Assembly: GCA_035519395.1 (NCBI GenBank)
Contig: DATIWK010000122.1
Location: forward strand, 7,275 to 71,274
Source: Anaeromyxobacteraceae bacterium
GTDB lineage: Bacteria; Myxococcota; Myxococcia; Myxococcales; Anaeromyxobacteraceae
Length of the DNA stretch: 64,000 bases
Reading direction: 5' to 3'
The translations under genes and the position numbers were made by a program. Of this stretch, positions 30,129-39,666 are shown in pieces. Position 1 is the first letter of the stretch. Every line of letters starts with the position of its first letter. The notes under the pieces were generated by a model that searched no databases, was not told where the DNA came from, and was given only the letters and a program-made list of their open reading frames with translations.

Positions 30129-33100
30129 TCACTTGCACTGCTTCGCGTCCACGTGGCGGCACCGGTGCAGCTCGCGCGGCACCTCGAGGTAGTACACCGG
30201 CTGGCCTCCGCAGGTGCGGGTGCCCATCTGCGTGTTGGAGGGGGCGGCGCCCGCGTTGAGCGTGAGGACCGAGTAGGAGATGTTGCAGTCGCTGCTCACG
30301 CTGGCGTGGGAGGTGCCGCCGGTGGAGGCCGAGGTCGTCGCGCCCTTCTTGCCGGCCACCACCTTCCACGGGTTGGTGGGGCTGGGCGGCTTCGGGGGAC
30401 TGCCGTCGCCGCTGCCCCCGCTCGTGTCGGGGGCGATGGGATAGCCGCAGATGCCGCTGGGCGTGCCCCCCAGGTAGGCCATGTCGTAGGCGTAGGCGAC
30501 GGGAGTGCCCAGGTTGCCGCTGCACGGGTCGGTGTCGGTGGTGACGCCCACCGGGCGGAAGTTCGACCAGAACGTGCAGCCCAGGACGACGTTGGCGCCG
30601 GCCGACGTCTTCTCGTCCGTCCAGGGAGGCGCGGGGTTGCAGAGGTCGAGTGGACAGTTCTGCCCGAACTCGTAGAACCAGCCGGCGTCGTCGGCCGTCG
30701 CCTCGCACTTCGTGACGCCGCTGGGGCAGGTCGTCACGGTGGCGGTGGGGCTGGTCCCCACGCGCGTCACCGACGCCTTGGTCGTCTCCACCAGGGCGCA
30801 GGTGCTGCCCGCCGGGCCGCTGCAGGTGCCGGTGTACGCGACGTCGGTGAACCGGTTCCCGTCGAACGCCTTCGCGGTCGTGGCGTCCTGGAACATCTTC
30901 TTGGCGTCCCTTCCGTAGGACCAGACGCCGTAGAAGCGGCTGTGGGGCGGCGCGAGGAACTGCGACGAGGTGATGCTGGTCTGGGCGATGCCGCCGGGCG
31001 TGGAGGCTGAGGCGTTGGGCCCGCCCGTCGGCGTGAAGGCGCAGAGCCCGCTGGCGTCGCAGCTGATCGATCCGGTCCGGTCGGTGGTGGCGGCCCCGGG
31101 GCACTCCCAGTGCAGGGCCACGCTCTCAGTGAAATTGGCCGTGTTGGCGCAGGTCGCGGCGGTGGCGGGGTTGGTGATGAAGGAGGAGCACCCGGTGGTG
31201 GTGGTCGCGCCCCGCTGGAGCATGCCGTTCACGCAGGCGAAGGAGGTGGACGAGCTGCAGGTGCCGTAGTTCTCGGTGGTGGTCGCGGTCACCTTGGTGC
31301 AGCCCGCCTGGCAGCAGCCGAACAGGTTGTCGGTCCCGCACGAGGCCGTCTGCTGCATGATCTGCTCGCGGTTGCCGCTGCCCAGCATGGTGCGGAGGGT
31401 GTGGGTGGTGGGGTCGAAGGCGTTGGCGGTCATGTAGAAGAACTCGCTCCGCCCGGTCACCGACTGCAGGTCGTCGGTCCTCCGCTGCTCCTCGAAGGCG
31501 CGGGCCGCGAACCAGTTGCCGACCCGGCCCGTGGTGAAGTCGATGACGCCCGGGTTCTGGAACCGTGCCACGAACAGGTTCCCGCCCATGTCGCCCCAGG
31601 TGGCCGTGTCGACGAAGCCGTCCGAATCGAACCGCGGCGTGGTCGGGTCGCCGATGTCCATCAGCCCGATGGCCCCCGGCACCGGGAACATGCTGGTGCC
31701 GTTCCCGGAGAAGCCGAGCTGGCTCTTGAAGTCGTCGTCGGTGAAGCGCCAGAGCGTCGTGCCGGCCCAGGCGTCCACCATGAAGACGGCCCGCCCCAGG
31801 CCCAGCGAGGGATCGTACCCGCCGTTGATCATGACGATCCAGCGCTCGTCGAAGCCGCGGTGGTTGGGGTCGGCGATGTTCGACATCTTGACCGGCGCGA
31901 TGGGCGGCGGGCGCGGCGCGAAGTCCGCCCAGGACTCGCCCATGTAGCGGGCGTCGTCGCTGCAGCCCTGGGGGAAGCTCCACAGCAGCGTCGGGATGGT
32001 CGGATCGGTGACGTCCAGCGCGGAGTACTGGGTCCCTCCGGAGCGGCGTCCCACGACGGCGATGGTGTGGAACTCGTCCTTCTGCTTCTTCCCGTCCTTG
32101 CCGGAAGCGGCCCCGCTGCCGTCCACCCAGATGTCGCGGACCATCACCGAGCCGTCCACCATGTACTGGTGGCCGTCCACCAGCGCCGCGAGCCGGGGGA
32201 GCAGGTCGGGCGGCACGAAGGCCCACAGCTCCTCGCCGGTCCCGAAGCTGTAGGGGAACGAGCCGGTGAGGTCGGGGTGCGTCGTGTCCGGGGTGCCCGA
32301 GTCGAAGGCGTGGAGCATGCCGTCGTTGGCGCCGACCAGCAGGACGCGCTTGCGGCTCTTGTTGGCCAGCCGGTAGGCCTCGTACGCGTCGATGGTGTTC
32401 CCGTTCGCGTCCTTGTTGCTGAAGTCCATCGCGGTCTGGTTCACGAGCCCGAGGGGACTGTGGATGGCGGCCCAGCACTGCCGCTCGTACCCGGTGTCGC
32501 AGCGGACCTCGTCGATGGGGGCCTGCACCGTGGCCGGCGAGGAGTGGAAGACGTCGCCCAGCTTCCAGAAGAACGGGGAGCTGCTGCTGTCGTTGACGCG
32601 GTCGCGCTCCTCGCCCTTGCCGGAGCACTTGGTGCTCGGGGTGTTCCCGGGGCCGGCGCAGCCGTCGCCGTCCTGGTCGAGGACGTCCCAGCCGCGCACG
32701 AAGTAGATGATCTCCTTGGCGCACTCCAGCGCGGCGTCGGACCCGGCCGACGCGCCGATGCGCGACAGGAACGCGGTGCACCACGCCGAGCCGATGTTCA
32801 TGTACGGCTTCAGGGTCGCCGCGTTGGCGGCCGTGAACGCGACCTTGGTGCCGTTCACGTAGGTGAAGATGTTCCGCGCCTTGGTGCTGCCCTCGTCGGC
32901 GGAGCGGTACCCGGTGCTGCTGGGGCTGGAGAGGACCGCCCCCGCGTCCCAGGGGAAGTTCGCCGGCGTGAGGCCCGAGCCCTTCTTCACGAAGTTGCCG
33001 GTCTGCGGGTCCTCGGAGACCTCGTCGCAGTCCGCGTCGACGAGGAACGTCTCCGAGCAGATGCTGAGGCCGGACACCACGTCGGCGTTGCCGTTGAAGT

Positions 33101-35282
33101 TCGCCGACACGGTCTTGGTCCCGCAGGACACCTGCGGCTCGTCGGCCGGCACCTTGTTCGGATCGCAGCCGTTCAGGGCCTCGTCGAAGAGCAGCCCCTC
33201 GAAGACGTGGCCCTCCCAGGTGGGCGTCTGGTTGGGCTTGAAGCGGGTGAGGTACGCCTCGGACTGGGCCGTCTGGACCGTCTGGAGGGAGGTGGTCGTC
33301 GCGGCGCTGAACGAGTCCTCCTTGGGGATGACCATGTTCACGGCGTTGTAGACGGCGGTGGCGAGCTCCGTCGCGTTCGAGGCGAGGGAGAAGCTGCCCG
33401 CCCCCATGTTGGCCGTCGCCTTGAGGATGTCCCGGGCGCGGGGGTCCGTCTGCGTGGCCACGTTGAAGCCGATGGTGTGGATGGTGAGGAGCTGCTTGCC
33501 GGTCATGACGGCGTCGGCGCGCAGGTCGTTGTTGTGCAGCCAGGAGGCGACGCGCGGGATCACCGCGGCGACGCTGTCCACCGGCTGGATGCAGTTGCAC
33601 GGGTTGAGGTTGGTGCAGCTGCTCGCCCCGCACAGCGTGCTCGCGGTGCAGTTCTGGCAGGCGGTCTTGCCGCTGGTCGGCGCGCAGCTCGAGGTGTCCA
33701 CGTTCGACGCCGGGCAGAAGGCGCACTGCGAGAGGGCGCCGCTCGACCCGCCGCAGTTGACGGTGCTGGTGTACGAGTTGGTGTCGTAGCCCGTGATCGC
33801 GGAAGGGAAGGTGATCTCGCTGTTGGGCGAGCCGTCGGTGATGACCACGACCGAGCTGGTCTGGCACGCCCAGCAGATGGAGCACTGGGTGTTGCCCGAG
33901 GCCGTCACCCACGCGGCGTTCACGTCCCCCTTGGCCGTCTCGTTGAAGTCGGTCACCTGGCAGCTCACCGACGTGCCGCTCCCGTTCTTGCACCCCTTGC
34001 TCCCGAACGCCGTGTTGTAGACGCCCGTCGAGGTGAAGTACTGGCCGATGTTGAAGAGGGCCGAGCCGAGCGGCGTCCCGCCGTTCGCCGGGTCGAAGAA
34101 GCCGCCCGTCATCGTGGTGCCGTCCGCCACCGTGTTGTTGCTCGAGTCCTTGTAGATCGACTGGTCGTGGTTGATGGCGCTCACGATGTACTGGCGCGCC
34201 TGGCGGAACTTGTCCTGCGTCGGCGGATACGCGTTCCCCTTGTCCGGGCCGAGCGGCACGATGAGGCGCGCCTGCTGCGGCTTCGACGAGGACGGGCTGA
34301 TGATGGTGAGGCCGAGGCGGATCTGGTCGAGCTTCGCCTGGTTGCCCGTATCGGCGGGGTCCATCCAGGCGAGCCGCTTCACGACGTTGAGCGCGGAGAG
34401 GAACTTGGGCGGGTTCGCGTTGAGGAAGTTCCCCTTGAAGAGCACGGCCGGGCCCACCGTGGTGGTGGTCTTGACGTCTCCGTTCGACTTGCACGAGTTG
34501 GCGTACGAGACCTTGTAGAAGTAGAAGCCGCCACCCTTCGTCGTCTTGTTCATGCAGGCCGTGCAGCCCGCCCCGAGGCTCACCGGGTTCCCGTCGCAGT
34601 CCGTGAGCTTGTTCCCGGCGGTGTCCATCGCGACGCAGGCCGCATTGACCCCGGTGCCGGTGTCGGTCTCCTCACGCTTGGCGCTCCAGACGCCGGAGCT
34701 GTTCGCCGTCCAGCTTCGATAGGTGGCGCTGCCGCCGTTCGAGTTGAAGGTGTAGTAGGCGGCCGGATCGAACAGGCAGCTGTTGCCCGAGCACTTGGTG
34801 GTGCAGCCGCTGCCGCCGTTGCCCCAGGGCGGGCAGTCCCACAGGACCGAGTTGGTCCGGCCCGGGTCCGCGTAGGTGGTGCTGGGCATCACCTGCTCCA
34901 TCCACGCCAGCGCGGGGCCCGTGCCGTCGGTGGCCGGGAGGCAAGTACCGGTCACGGTCGCGCGCGCCGAGCCGGTCGGCGCCGTCGGGTTGGCGAGCGT
35001 CGGCGACTTGCAGGTGGCGGGCGCGGCGGAGTCGTCCCAGTCGTAGTCGCCGCACTGCGGCAGCTCCGCCATCGACCCGGACACGTCGAGGAGGAACATG
35101 ACGTTGGCCGGGCCGTTGGGGAGCTTGAAGAAGGCCTCGTCGCCCACCACCGGGCCCGCCACCGTCGAGGCCAGCGAGGTGGTGACGTTGCAGCAGGAGG
35201 CCTGGTCGCCGTCGGACCGCAGCGGGAGGAACGCGGCGGCGACGAGGGCGAGGAGGACGGTGGAGAGCGTGCGGGCGCGCAT
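30129..35282 (-). CDS. pilY1: Large cysteine-rich PilY1 tip adhesin (vWA-like + beta-propeller)
   Basis: Signal peptide; DVSGSM, GGTPL, ITDG; KLGDVFHSSP, VGANDGMLHAFD, GEELWAFVP; last gene of the minor pilin operon. Confidence 0.9.
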   Translation of the reverse strand: MRARTLSTVLLALVAAAFLPLRSDGDQASCCNVTTSLASTVAGPVVGDEAFFKLPNGPANVMFLLDVSGSMAELPQCGDYDWDDSAAPATCKSPTLANPTAPTGSARATVTGTCLPATDGTGPALAWMEQVMPSTTYADPGRTNSVLWDCPPWGNGGSGCTTKCSGNSCLFDPAAYYTFNSNGGSATYRSWTANSSGVWSAKREETDTGTGVNAACVAMDTAGNKLTDCDGNPVSLGAGCTACMNKTTKGGGFYFYKVSYANSCKSNGDVKTTTTVGPAVLFKGNFLNANPPKFLSALNVVKRLAWMDPADTGNQAKLDQIRLGLTIISPSSSKPQQARLIVPLGPDKGNAYPPTQDKFRQARQYIVSAINHDQSIYKDSSNNTVADGTTMTGGFFDPANGGTPLGSALFNIGQYFTSTGVYNTAFGSKGCKNGSGTSVSCQVTDFNETAKGDVNAAWVTASGNTQCSICWACQTSSVVVITDGSPNSEITFPSAITGYDTNSYTSTVNCGGSSGALSQCAFCPASNVDTSSCAPTSGKTACQNCTASTLCGASSCTNLNPCNCIQPVDSVAAVIPRVASWLHNNDLRADAVMTGKQLLTIHTIGFNVATQTDPRARDILKATANMGAGSFSLASNATELATAVYNAVNMVIPKEDSFSAATTTSLQTVQTAQSEAYLTRFKPNQTPTWEGHVFEGLLFDEALNGCDPNKVPADEPQVSCGTKTVSANFNGNADVVSGLSICSETFLVDADCDEVSEDPQTGNFVKKGSGLTPANFPWDAGAVLSSPSSTGYRSADEGSTKARNIFTYVNGTKVAFTAANAATLKPYMNIGSAWCTAFLSRIGASAGSDAALECAKEIIYFVRGWDVLDQDGDGCAGPGNTPSTKCSGKGEERDRVNDSSSSPFFWKLGDVFHSSPATVQAPIDEVRCDTGYERQCWAAIHSPLGLVNQTAMDFSNKDANGNTIDAYEAYRLANKSRKRVLLVGANDGMLHAFDSGTPDTTHPDLTGSFPYSFGTGEELWAFVPPDLLPRLAALVDGHQYMVDGSVMVRDIWVDGSGAASGKDGKKQKDEFHTIAVVGRRSGGTQYSALDVTDPTIPTLLWSFPQGCSDDARYMGESWADFAPRPPPIAPVKMSNIADPNHRGFDERWIVMINGGYDPSLGLGRAVFMVDAWAGTTLWRFTDDDFKSQLGFSGNGTSMFPVPGAIGLMDIGDPTTPRFDSDGFVDTATWGDMGGNLFVARFQNPGVIDFTTGRVGNWFAARAFEEQRRTDDLQSVTGRSEFFYMTANAFDPTTHTLRTMLGSGNREQIMQQTASCGTDNLFGCCQAGCTKVTATTTENYGTCSSSTSFACVNGMLQRGATTTTGCSSFITNPATAATCANTANFTESVALHWECPGAATTDRTGSISCDASGLCAFTPTGGPNASASTPGGIAQTSITSSQFLAPPHSRFYGVWSYGRDAKKMFQDATTAKAFDGNRFTDVAYTGTCSGPAGSTCALVETTKASVTRVGTSPTATVTTCPSGVTKCEATADDAGWFYEFGQNCPLDLCNPAPPWTDEKTSAGANVVLGCTFWSNFRPVGVTTDTDPCSGNLGTPVAYAYDMAYLGGTPSGICGYPIAPDTSGGSGDGSPPKPPSPTNPWKVVAGKKGATTSASTGGTSHASVSSDCNISYSVLTLNAGAAPSNTQMGTRTCGGQPVYYLEVPRELHRCRHVDAKQCK

Positions 35283-35291
35283 GGTCTGCTC

Positions 35292-35780
35292 CTAGAGGCC
35301 GAACTTGATGCCGAACTCCACCTCGAGCTGGATGCCGTTCCGGTTGATGCACCGCACCATGACCTTCATCGGCCGGCCGCCCCTGGAGAGGGAGAGCGTG
35401 TTGGTCAGATCGAAGGCCGACTGCAAGGGGCCGAAGGCCGAGTCCGACAGGTAGGTCACCTGCGCCAGCTGGATGGAGGTGAGGTCGGCGCTGGTCGCGC
35501 TGGGCATGTCGTAGTGGCCGCCCTGGGAGGTGGCGTTCGAGTCGATCGGGACGTTGAGCGCCGCGACGTCCAGCGGCTTGATGCCGAGCGCGTGGAACTT
35601 GCTCATGAGCAGCGCCCGCGACGACTCGGCGCACGCGACCATGGACTGCTCGCGCTGGCCGGCCATCGAGCCGTACAGCTCGCGCGAGGTGAACTTCAGG
35701 ATCCCGATGCCGATCACCGACACGACCACGACCACGATCATGGTGACGGCGAGGGAGCTGCCGCGCTGGTTCGTTCTCAT
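35292..35780 (-). CDS. pilX: Minor pilin PilX-like
   Basis: QRG|SSLAV prepilin leader lacking Glu5; position in the operon. Confidence 0.7.
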   Translation of the reverse strand: MRTNQRGSSLAVTMIVVVVVSVIGIGILKFTSRELYGSMAGQREQSMVACAESSRALLMSKFHALGIKPLDVAALNVPIDSNATSQGGHYDMPSATSADLTSIQLAQVTYLSDSAFGPLQSAFDLTNTLSLSRGGRPMKVMVRCINRNGIQLEVEFGIKFGL

Positions 35781-35788
35781 GGGTCGCT

Positions 35789-37072
35789 CTAGCCGCCGCC
35801 GGGGTTCTGCTGGTCGGAGGCGAAGCCGTAGGTGGGGAAGTAGGGCAGCTGGGCATCGAGGTTGCGCAACGGGACGCTGGTCTCGACGAGGAGGCGACGG
35901 TAGTGGGCGGGGCCCGCCTGCGCCGGCCGGTTCAGCGCGGCCGGGATCTGGTCGTTGCCGGGGAACGTCCACCGCAGGTCCGGGGCAGGCGCGCGCACCA
36001 CGAGGCTCACCTTGACCAGCCGGATGTTGGCCGGGTGGTGCGTGAGCCGCGTCGGCGCCGCCACCGGCGCCACCGGATCGGAGTAGACGACGAAGCCGTC
36101 CACCGGGGCGAGGTCGATCCCCGTCGCGCCGGCCGGGATGGCGGTTCCCGCGGTCGTCCCGACGAGCTGGTGCGCCGTGTCGGGGGAGTTCGGGAAGACG
36201 TACGCGAACTGGACGTCCTCGACGTCGGGGGTGACGACGCTCACCATCGCGTTCCCGCCCGCGTCGCTGAGCCCCTGATCGAGCATCAGGTAGGGGCGCG
36301 ACGTGCCGCTCAGCGGGTCCTGGTACGACGCGACGTAATACCGGTACCGGTCGACCTTGAAGACCTTCGCGTCGAGCTGCAGGTTCGCGTAGTAGGTGGT
36401 GTCGATCGTCGTCGGCGGCCCGAGGGCGACCTTGCTGAAGCAGGTGTCGCCGAGCAGCGGGTTCTGGGTGGGGAACGTCGAATTCGCGCTGGCCGTGATC
36501 GGCACCGAGACCGTGTCCGTCGAGGTGGGCGACACCAGGGACGACACCTGGAGGTACGCCCAGGTCATCGGGTTGGAGTAGCAGGCGACCTGCAGGATCT
36601 GGCCCGGGTAGAGCGGCGTGTTGAGCGGTCCCTGGATGGTGAGCGCCGTGCTCCCCGCGGTCGCGGCGGCGCGCAGCACGTGGCCGAACTCCGGGTCGCG
36701 CGAGAGGAAGACGATCTCGTCCGGGCCGTCGATCCGGTCGCGGCAGGTGACCCTGTTCGCGTCCGCACACTGGAGGCTGGTGGTGTTGAAGGTGACGCCC
36801 GGCGCCCGCTCCATCCGCACGTTCGACTGCGAGCCGAAGTCCAGGACGAGCGCCGGGTCCACGCCGAACCCCGCCGCCCGGAGGTTGGCGGAGATGTGCC
36901 CGAGGGCCATGCGCGCCGTCTCCTGGAGGATGCGGTCCTGGTTGCCGGCCTGGAGCGCGTGCTGCTGCTGCTGGAGGAGGAGGAGCGATCCGGCGAGCAC
37001 GATGGCGCTGATGCCGATGCCGATGACCAGCTCGAGGATGGTGACGCCGCGGGTTCGGGCAGGGGCGGTCAT
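35789..37072 (-). CDS. pilW: Minor pilin PilW-like
   Basis: RG|VTILELV leader; VEDVQFAY, IRLVKVSLVVR, LRN. Confidence 0.8.
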   Translation of the reverse strand: MTAPARTRGVTILELVIGIGISAIVLAGSLLLLQQQQHALQAGNQDRILQETARMALGHISANLRAAGFGVDPALVLDFGSQSNVRMERAPGVTFNTTSLQCADANRVTCRDRIDGPDEIVFLSRDPEFGHVLRAAATAGSTALTIQGPLNTPLYPGQILQVACYSNPMTWAYLQVSSLVSPTSTDTVSVPITASANSTFPTQNPLLGDTCFSKVALGPPTTIDTTYYANLQLDAKVFKVDRYRYYVASYQDPLSGTSRPYLMLDQGLSDAGGNAMVSVVTPDVEDVQFAYVFPNSPDTAHQLVGTTAGTAIPAGATGIDLAPVDGFVVYSDPVAPVAAPTRLTHHPANIRLVKVSLVVRAPAPDLRWTFPGNDQIPAALNRPAQAGPAHYRRLLVETSVPLRNLDAQLPYFPTYGFASDQQNPGGG

Positions 37073-37485
37073 CAGTGCTCCGCCGGGTCCTGCTTCACGC
37101 CGAGCAGGACCACGCTTCCGCCCTGCGGCGAGGTCACGGTCACGGTGATCTGCGCCGCGGAGTCCGCCGTGTACGAGACGCTCCAGGTGCGCTGGTAGCC
37201 GCCCAGGGACGCGGTGGGGATGCCCGCGAACCCGGCGGGGAGATCGGCCTCGGCGTGGGTGCCCGCCGTGAGCGGGCCCGCGCCCGAGTCGTACGGCCAC
37301 ACCTCGATGTTGGCGATGAGGTCCTGCGCGATGGCGGTCTCGCGCATGATCTGCCGCGCGCTGCTGTTCAGGCGCAGCCCGGCGTTGTTGAGGGCGATCG
37401 AACCCACCACGCCGATCATGAGGATCCCCATGGCCATCAGGTTCTCGAGGAGCGTGAATCCGCGCGCGGCGTTTCGGTTGGGCAT
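37072..37485 (-). CDS. pilV: Minor pilin PilV-like
   Basis: RG|FTLLENL leader, YQRTWSV; alternative start at 37509. Confidence 0.75.
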   Translation of the reverse strand: MPNRNAARGFTLLENLMAMGILMIGVVGSIALNNAGLRLNSSARQIMRETAIAQDLIANIEVWPYDSGAGPLTAGTHAEADLPAGFAGIPTASLGGYQRTWSVSYTADSAAQITVTVTSPQGGSVVLLGVKQDPAEH

Positions 37486-37505
37486 GGCTCGTACCTCGAC
37501 GGTCC

Positions 37506-38159
37506 TCATCGGTTCCTCACCGTCACGACGCTGCCGCTCCCGGCGGTGACGACGAAGGTCACCTGCCCCGGCGTGGCCGGGTCCGTGGTCTGCAGGCTCA
37601 GGCTCTGTCCGCTCGGGCTGACGGAGGTCCCCACCTGTCCCGTGCCCGACCAGAACGTCGCCGAGCCCCGCTCGTCGAAGCGGACGGCGCCGCGATCGGT
37701 GCAGAACGAGCAGCTGCCGATGGGGATGTCGGCGTAGGGCGCGACGAGGGCCGCGCCGCCGCCCCCCACCACCACGCCGGCGGGGAGGTCGTAGGAGTCG
37801 ATGACGCTGCTGTTCGGGCCGGTGGTGAACTTCGCCGGGTCGTAGGCGGGGAAGTTGACCGTCCCACCCTTGAAGAAGTCGCCGTTGCCGTCCTGGTACA
37901 GGATCACCCGCCCGATCTGCGTCTTGTACTGGTAGTTCGGGAAGATCAGGACGGCGACCGGCTTCGCATCCGCGAGCGCGGTCTGCCGGGCCTGGTGCAG
38001 GAAGGTCTGCAGCTCCAGCGCCGCGCCCGCGAGGCTGGCGCGCGGCCTCCCGCTCGACAAGGAGCGGATCGCGAGCCCCGCCAGGATGGCGATGAGCGCG
38101 ACGACCACCGCGAGCTCGATGAGCGAGTAGCCCCTGGCGGTCGATCTGGAGCGGCGCAC
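37506..38159 (-). CDS. fimU: Minor pilin FimU/FimT-like
   Basis: RG|YSLIELA leader, ARQTAL, VRFDERG; GGAGGAG RBS before the GTG. Confidence 0.78.
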   Translation of the reverse strand: MRRSRSTARGYSLIELAVVVALIAILAGLAIRSLSSGRPRASLAGAALELQTFLHQARQTALADAKPVAVLIFPNYQYKTQIGRVILYQDGNGDFFKGGTVNFPAYDPAKFTTGPNSSVIDSYDLPAGVVVGGGGAALVAPYADIPIGSCSFCTDRGAVRFDERGSATFWSGTGQVGTSVSPSGQSLSLQTTDPATPGQVTFVVTAGSGSVVTVRNR

Positions 38160-38301
38160 GGCGTTCTCCTCCCGGGGGGTTGCGGTGCAAGATCCGGTGC
38201 GGCCGCGGCCGTCGTGGCCGCGCGGCAACCCCCCGCCATCGCGGCAGATCCGGTGCGGGTGGGCGCCCGGCGGACGCAGGCGCACATGAAAACAGTGCAG
38301 G

Positions 38302-38319
38302 TGTGCAACTCCGTGCACA
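38302..38319. promoter_or_regulatory. Palindromic operator candidate upstream of fimU
   Basis: TGTGCA-N6-TGCACA in an AT-richer patch. Confidence 0.45.
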
Positions 38320-38334
38320 TCCCGCCGCGCCGTC

Positions 38335-39666
38335 TCACCCCGCGACGGCGCGCCGGATCCGAGGTCCGCGGGCGAGGTCCACCACCTTGCCGTCCGCGGC
38401 GCGGGTCCGCGGATCGAGGAGGCGGGCGAGGGGCGTCGCCCAGGTGGCGGCGTTCCGCGCGGCCGAGGCGGAGCGCGCCCAGCGGCCGTCCTCCAGCTCG
38501 AGGAGGGTGCCGGGCGGGTGCTGGCCGAGGGCGTTGACGAGGAGCTGGGGGAGCGCGGGGTGGTACGCGGTCCCCGCGGCGCCGAGCATCGCGCCCAGGA
38601 CGGCGGCGCGCGTCACCCGGGCGCCGTGGAGCCGCACGAAGCTCGCGTAGTCCTCGCAGACCCGCAGGACGGCGCCGAACGCGGAGGGGTGAGCCGTGCC
38701 CGCGAAGTCCGTGTGGTGCTCGAGCAGCGCCCGGATGCGCCGCAGCCGCGCCTCGTGGAACCCCCGCTGGCGCAGGAGGAGACGCGCGCCGTCGCCGCCG
38801 TGGCGCCGGCCGGCGGCCGCCGCCTGGCCCTCGGCGGCGAAGGCGTAGCCCGCGTCGTGGAGGAGCGCGGCGAGGCCGAGGTCCTGGAGGGCGCCCTCGC
38901 CGAAGCCGGCGGCGCGCCCCAGGGCCAGGGCCGTGGTCGCGACCGTCATGGCGTGCGCCGCGTGGGGCGGGACGTCGGCGGGGATCTCCCAGAGCTCCGT
39001 CGCGTCCGGCGGCGCCGACGCCAGGTCCACCACCACGCGCCGGAGCGGCAGAGAGTTGAGGACGCGGCCGCTGGCGAGGTTCTCCCAGGTCCGGGCCAGC
39101 AGGGAGAGCCCGCGCTGCACGGCCTCGCCGGCGCCCGCGGCCCGCTCCGCCTCGGTCCTGAACCGGAACCGGCCCTCGACCTCGACGGCGCGCAGGCCGA
39201 GGGCCGCGAGCGCCTGGCGCAGCGCGGCGCGGGCGAACGTCTCCGCGGGCCGGGCGGCGAGCGCGGCGACGAGCGACCGGACCTGGGGGCCGGTCAGCGG
39301 CGCGTGGAAGGTCATCCCGCCGACCTCGTGCTTCCCCAGCTCTGCCCCCAGCTCGCGGGCGCTCCCCTTTCCCTCGGTGCGGATCCGGACGTCGTTCACG
39401 TACACCTGGTCCTCGACGGTGACGAGCACCACCGCCCCGAGCAGCTCGGACAGCGCCGCGATGGCCTTCGCCAGCTCCGTCACGGGCGCGTCGAAGGCGC
39501 GGTTGTCCGCCGCGTGGACGCGGCTCATCTTGAGCAGGCCGGCGAGCAGGTGGGCGAGCTGCTCGCCCCGCTCGCGCACCGCGGCGGCCAGCTCGCGGTC
39601 CTCGCCGGCCCGGGCGCGGGCCAGCGCGCGGCCGAGGGTGGACTGTGCCTGGCCCAGGTCATCCAT
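38335..39666 (-). CDS. HD-domain protein (degenerate HD-GYP-like)
   Basis: AAHAMTV, LLHDAG, LLEHH, PPGTLLELEDG; no GYP motif. Confidence 0.75.
   Translation of the reverse strand: MDDLGQAQSTLGRALARARAGEDRELAAAVRERGEQLAHLLAGLLKMSRVHAADNRAFDAPVTELAKAIAALSELLGAVVLVTVEDQVYVNDVRIRTEGKGSARELGAELGKHEVGGMTFHAPLTGPQVRSLVAALAARPAETFARAALRQALAALGLRAVEVEGRFRFRTEAERAAGAGEAVQRGLSLLARTWENLASGRVLNSLPLRRVVVDLASAPPDATELWEIPADVPPHAAHAMTVATTALALGRAAGFGEGALQDLGLAALLHDAGYAFAAEGQAAAAGRRHGGDGARLLLRQRGFHEARLRRIRALLEHHTDFAGTAHPSAFGAVLRVCEDYASFVRLHGARVTRAAVLGAMLGAAGTAYHPALPQLLVNALGQHPPGTLLELEDGRWARSASAARNAATWATPLARLLDPRTRAADGKVVDLARGPRIRRAVAG

Noticed and set aside
33590-34570. CxxC motifs in PilY1 as heme-binding sites
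   Set aside because: None is followed by His (no CxxCH)
31110-35792. 1560-aa plus-strand ORF and 1122-aa alternative-frame ORF over pilY1
   Set aside because: Shadow ORFs caused by high-GC codon bias; no recognisable motifs
38185-38203. Sigma54 promoter upstream of fimU
   Set aside because: TTGCA is present but the -24 position reads GC rather than GG at the required spacing
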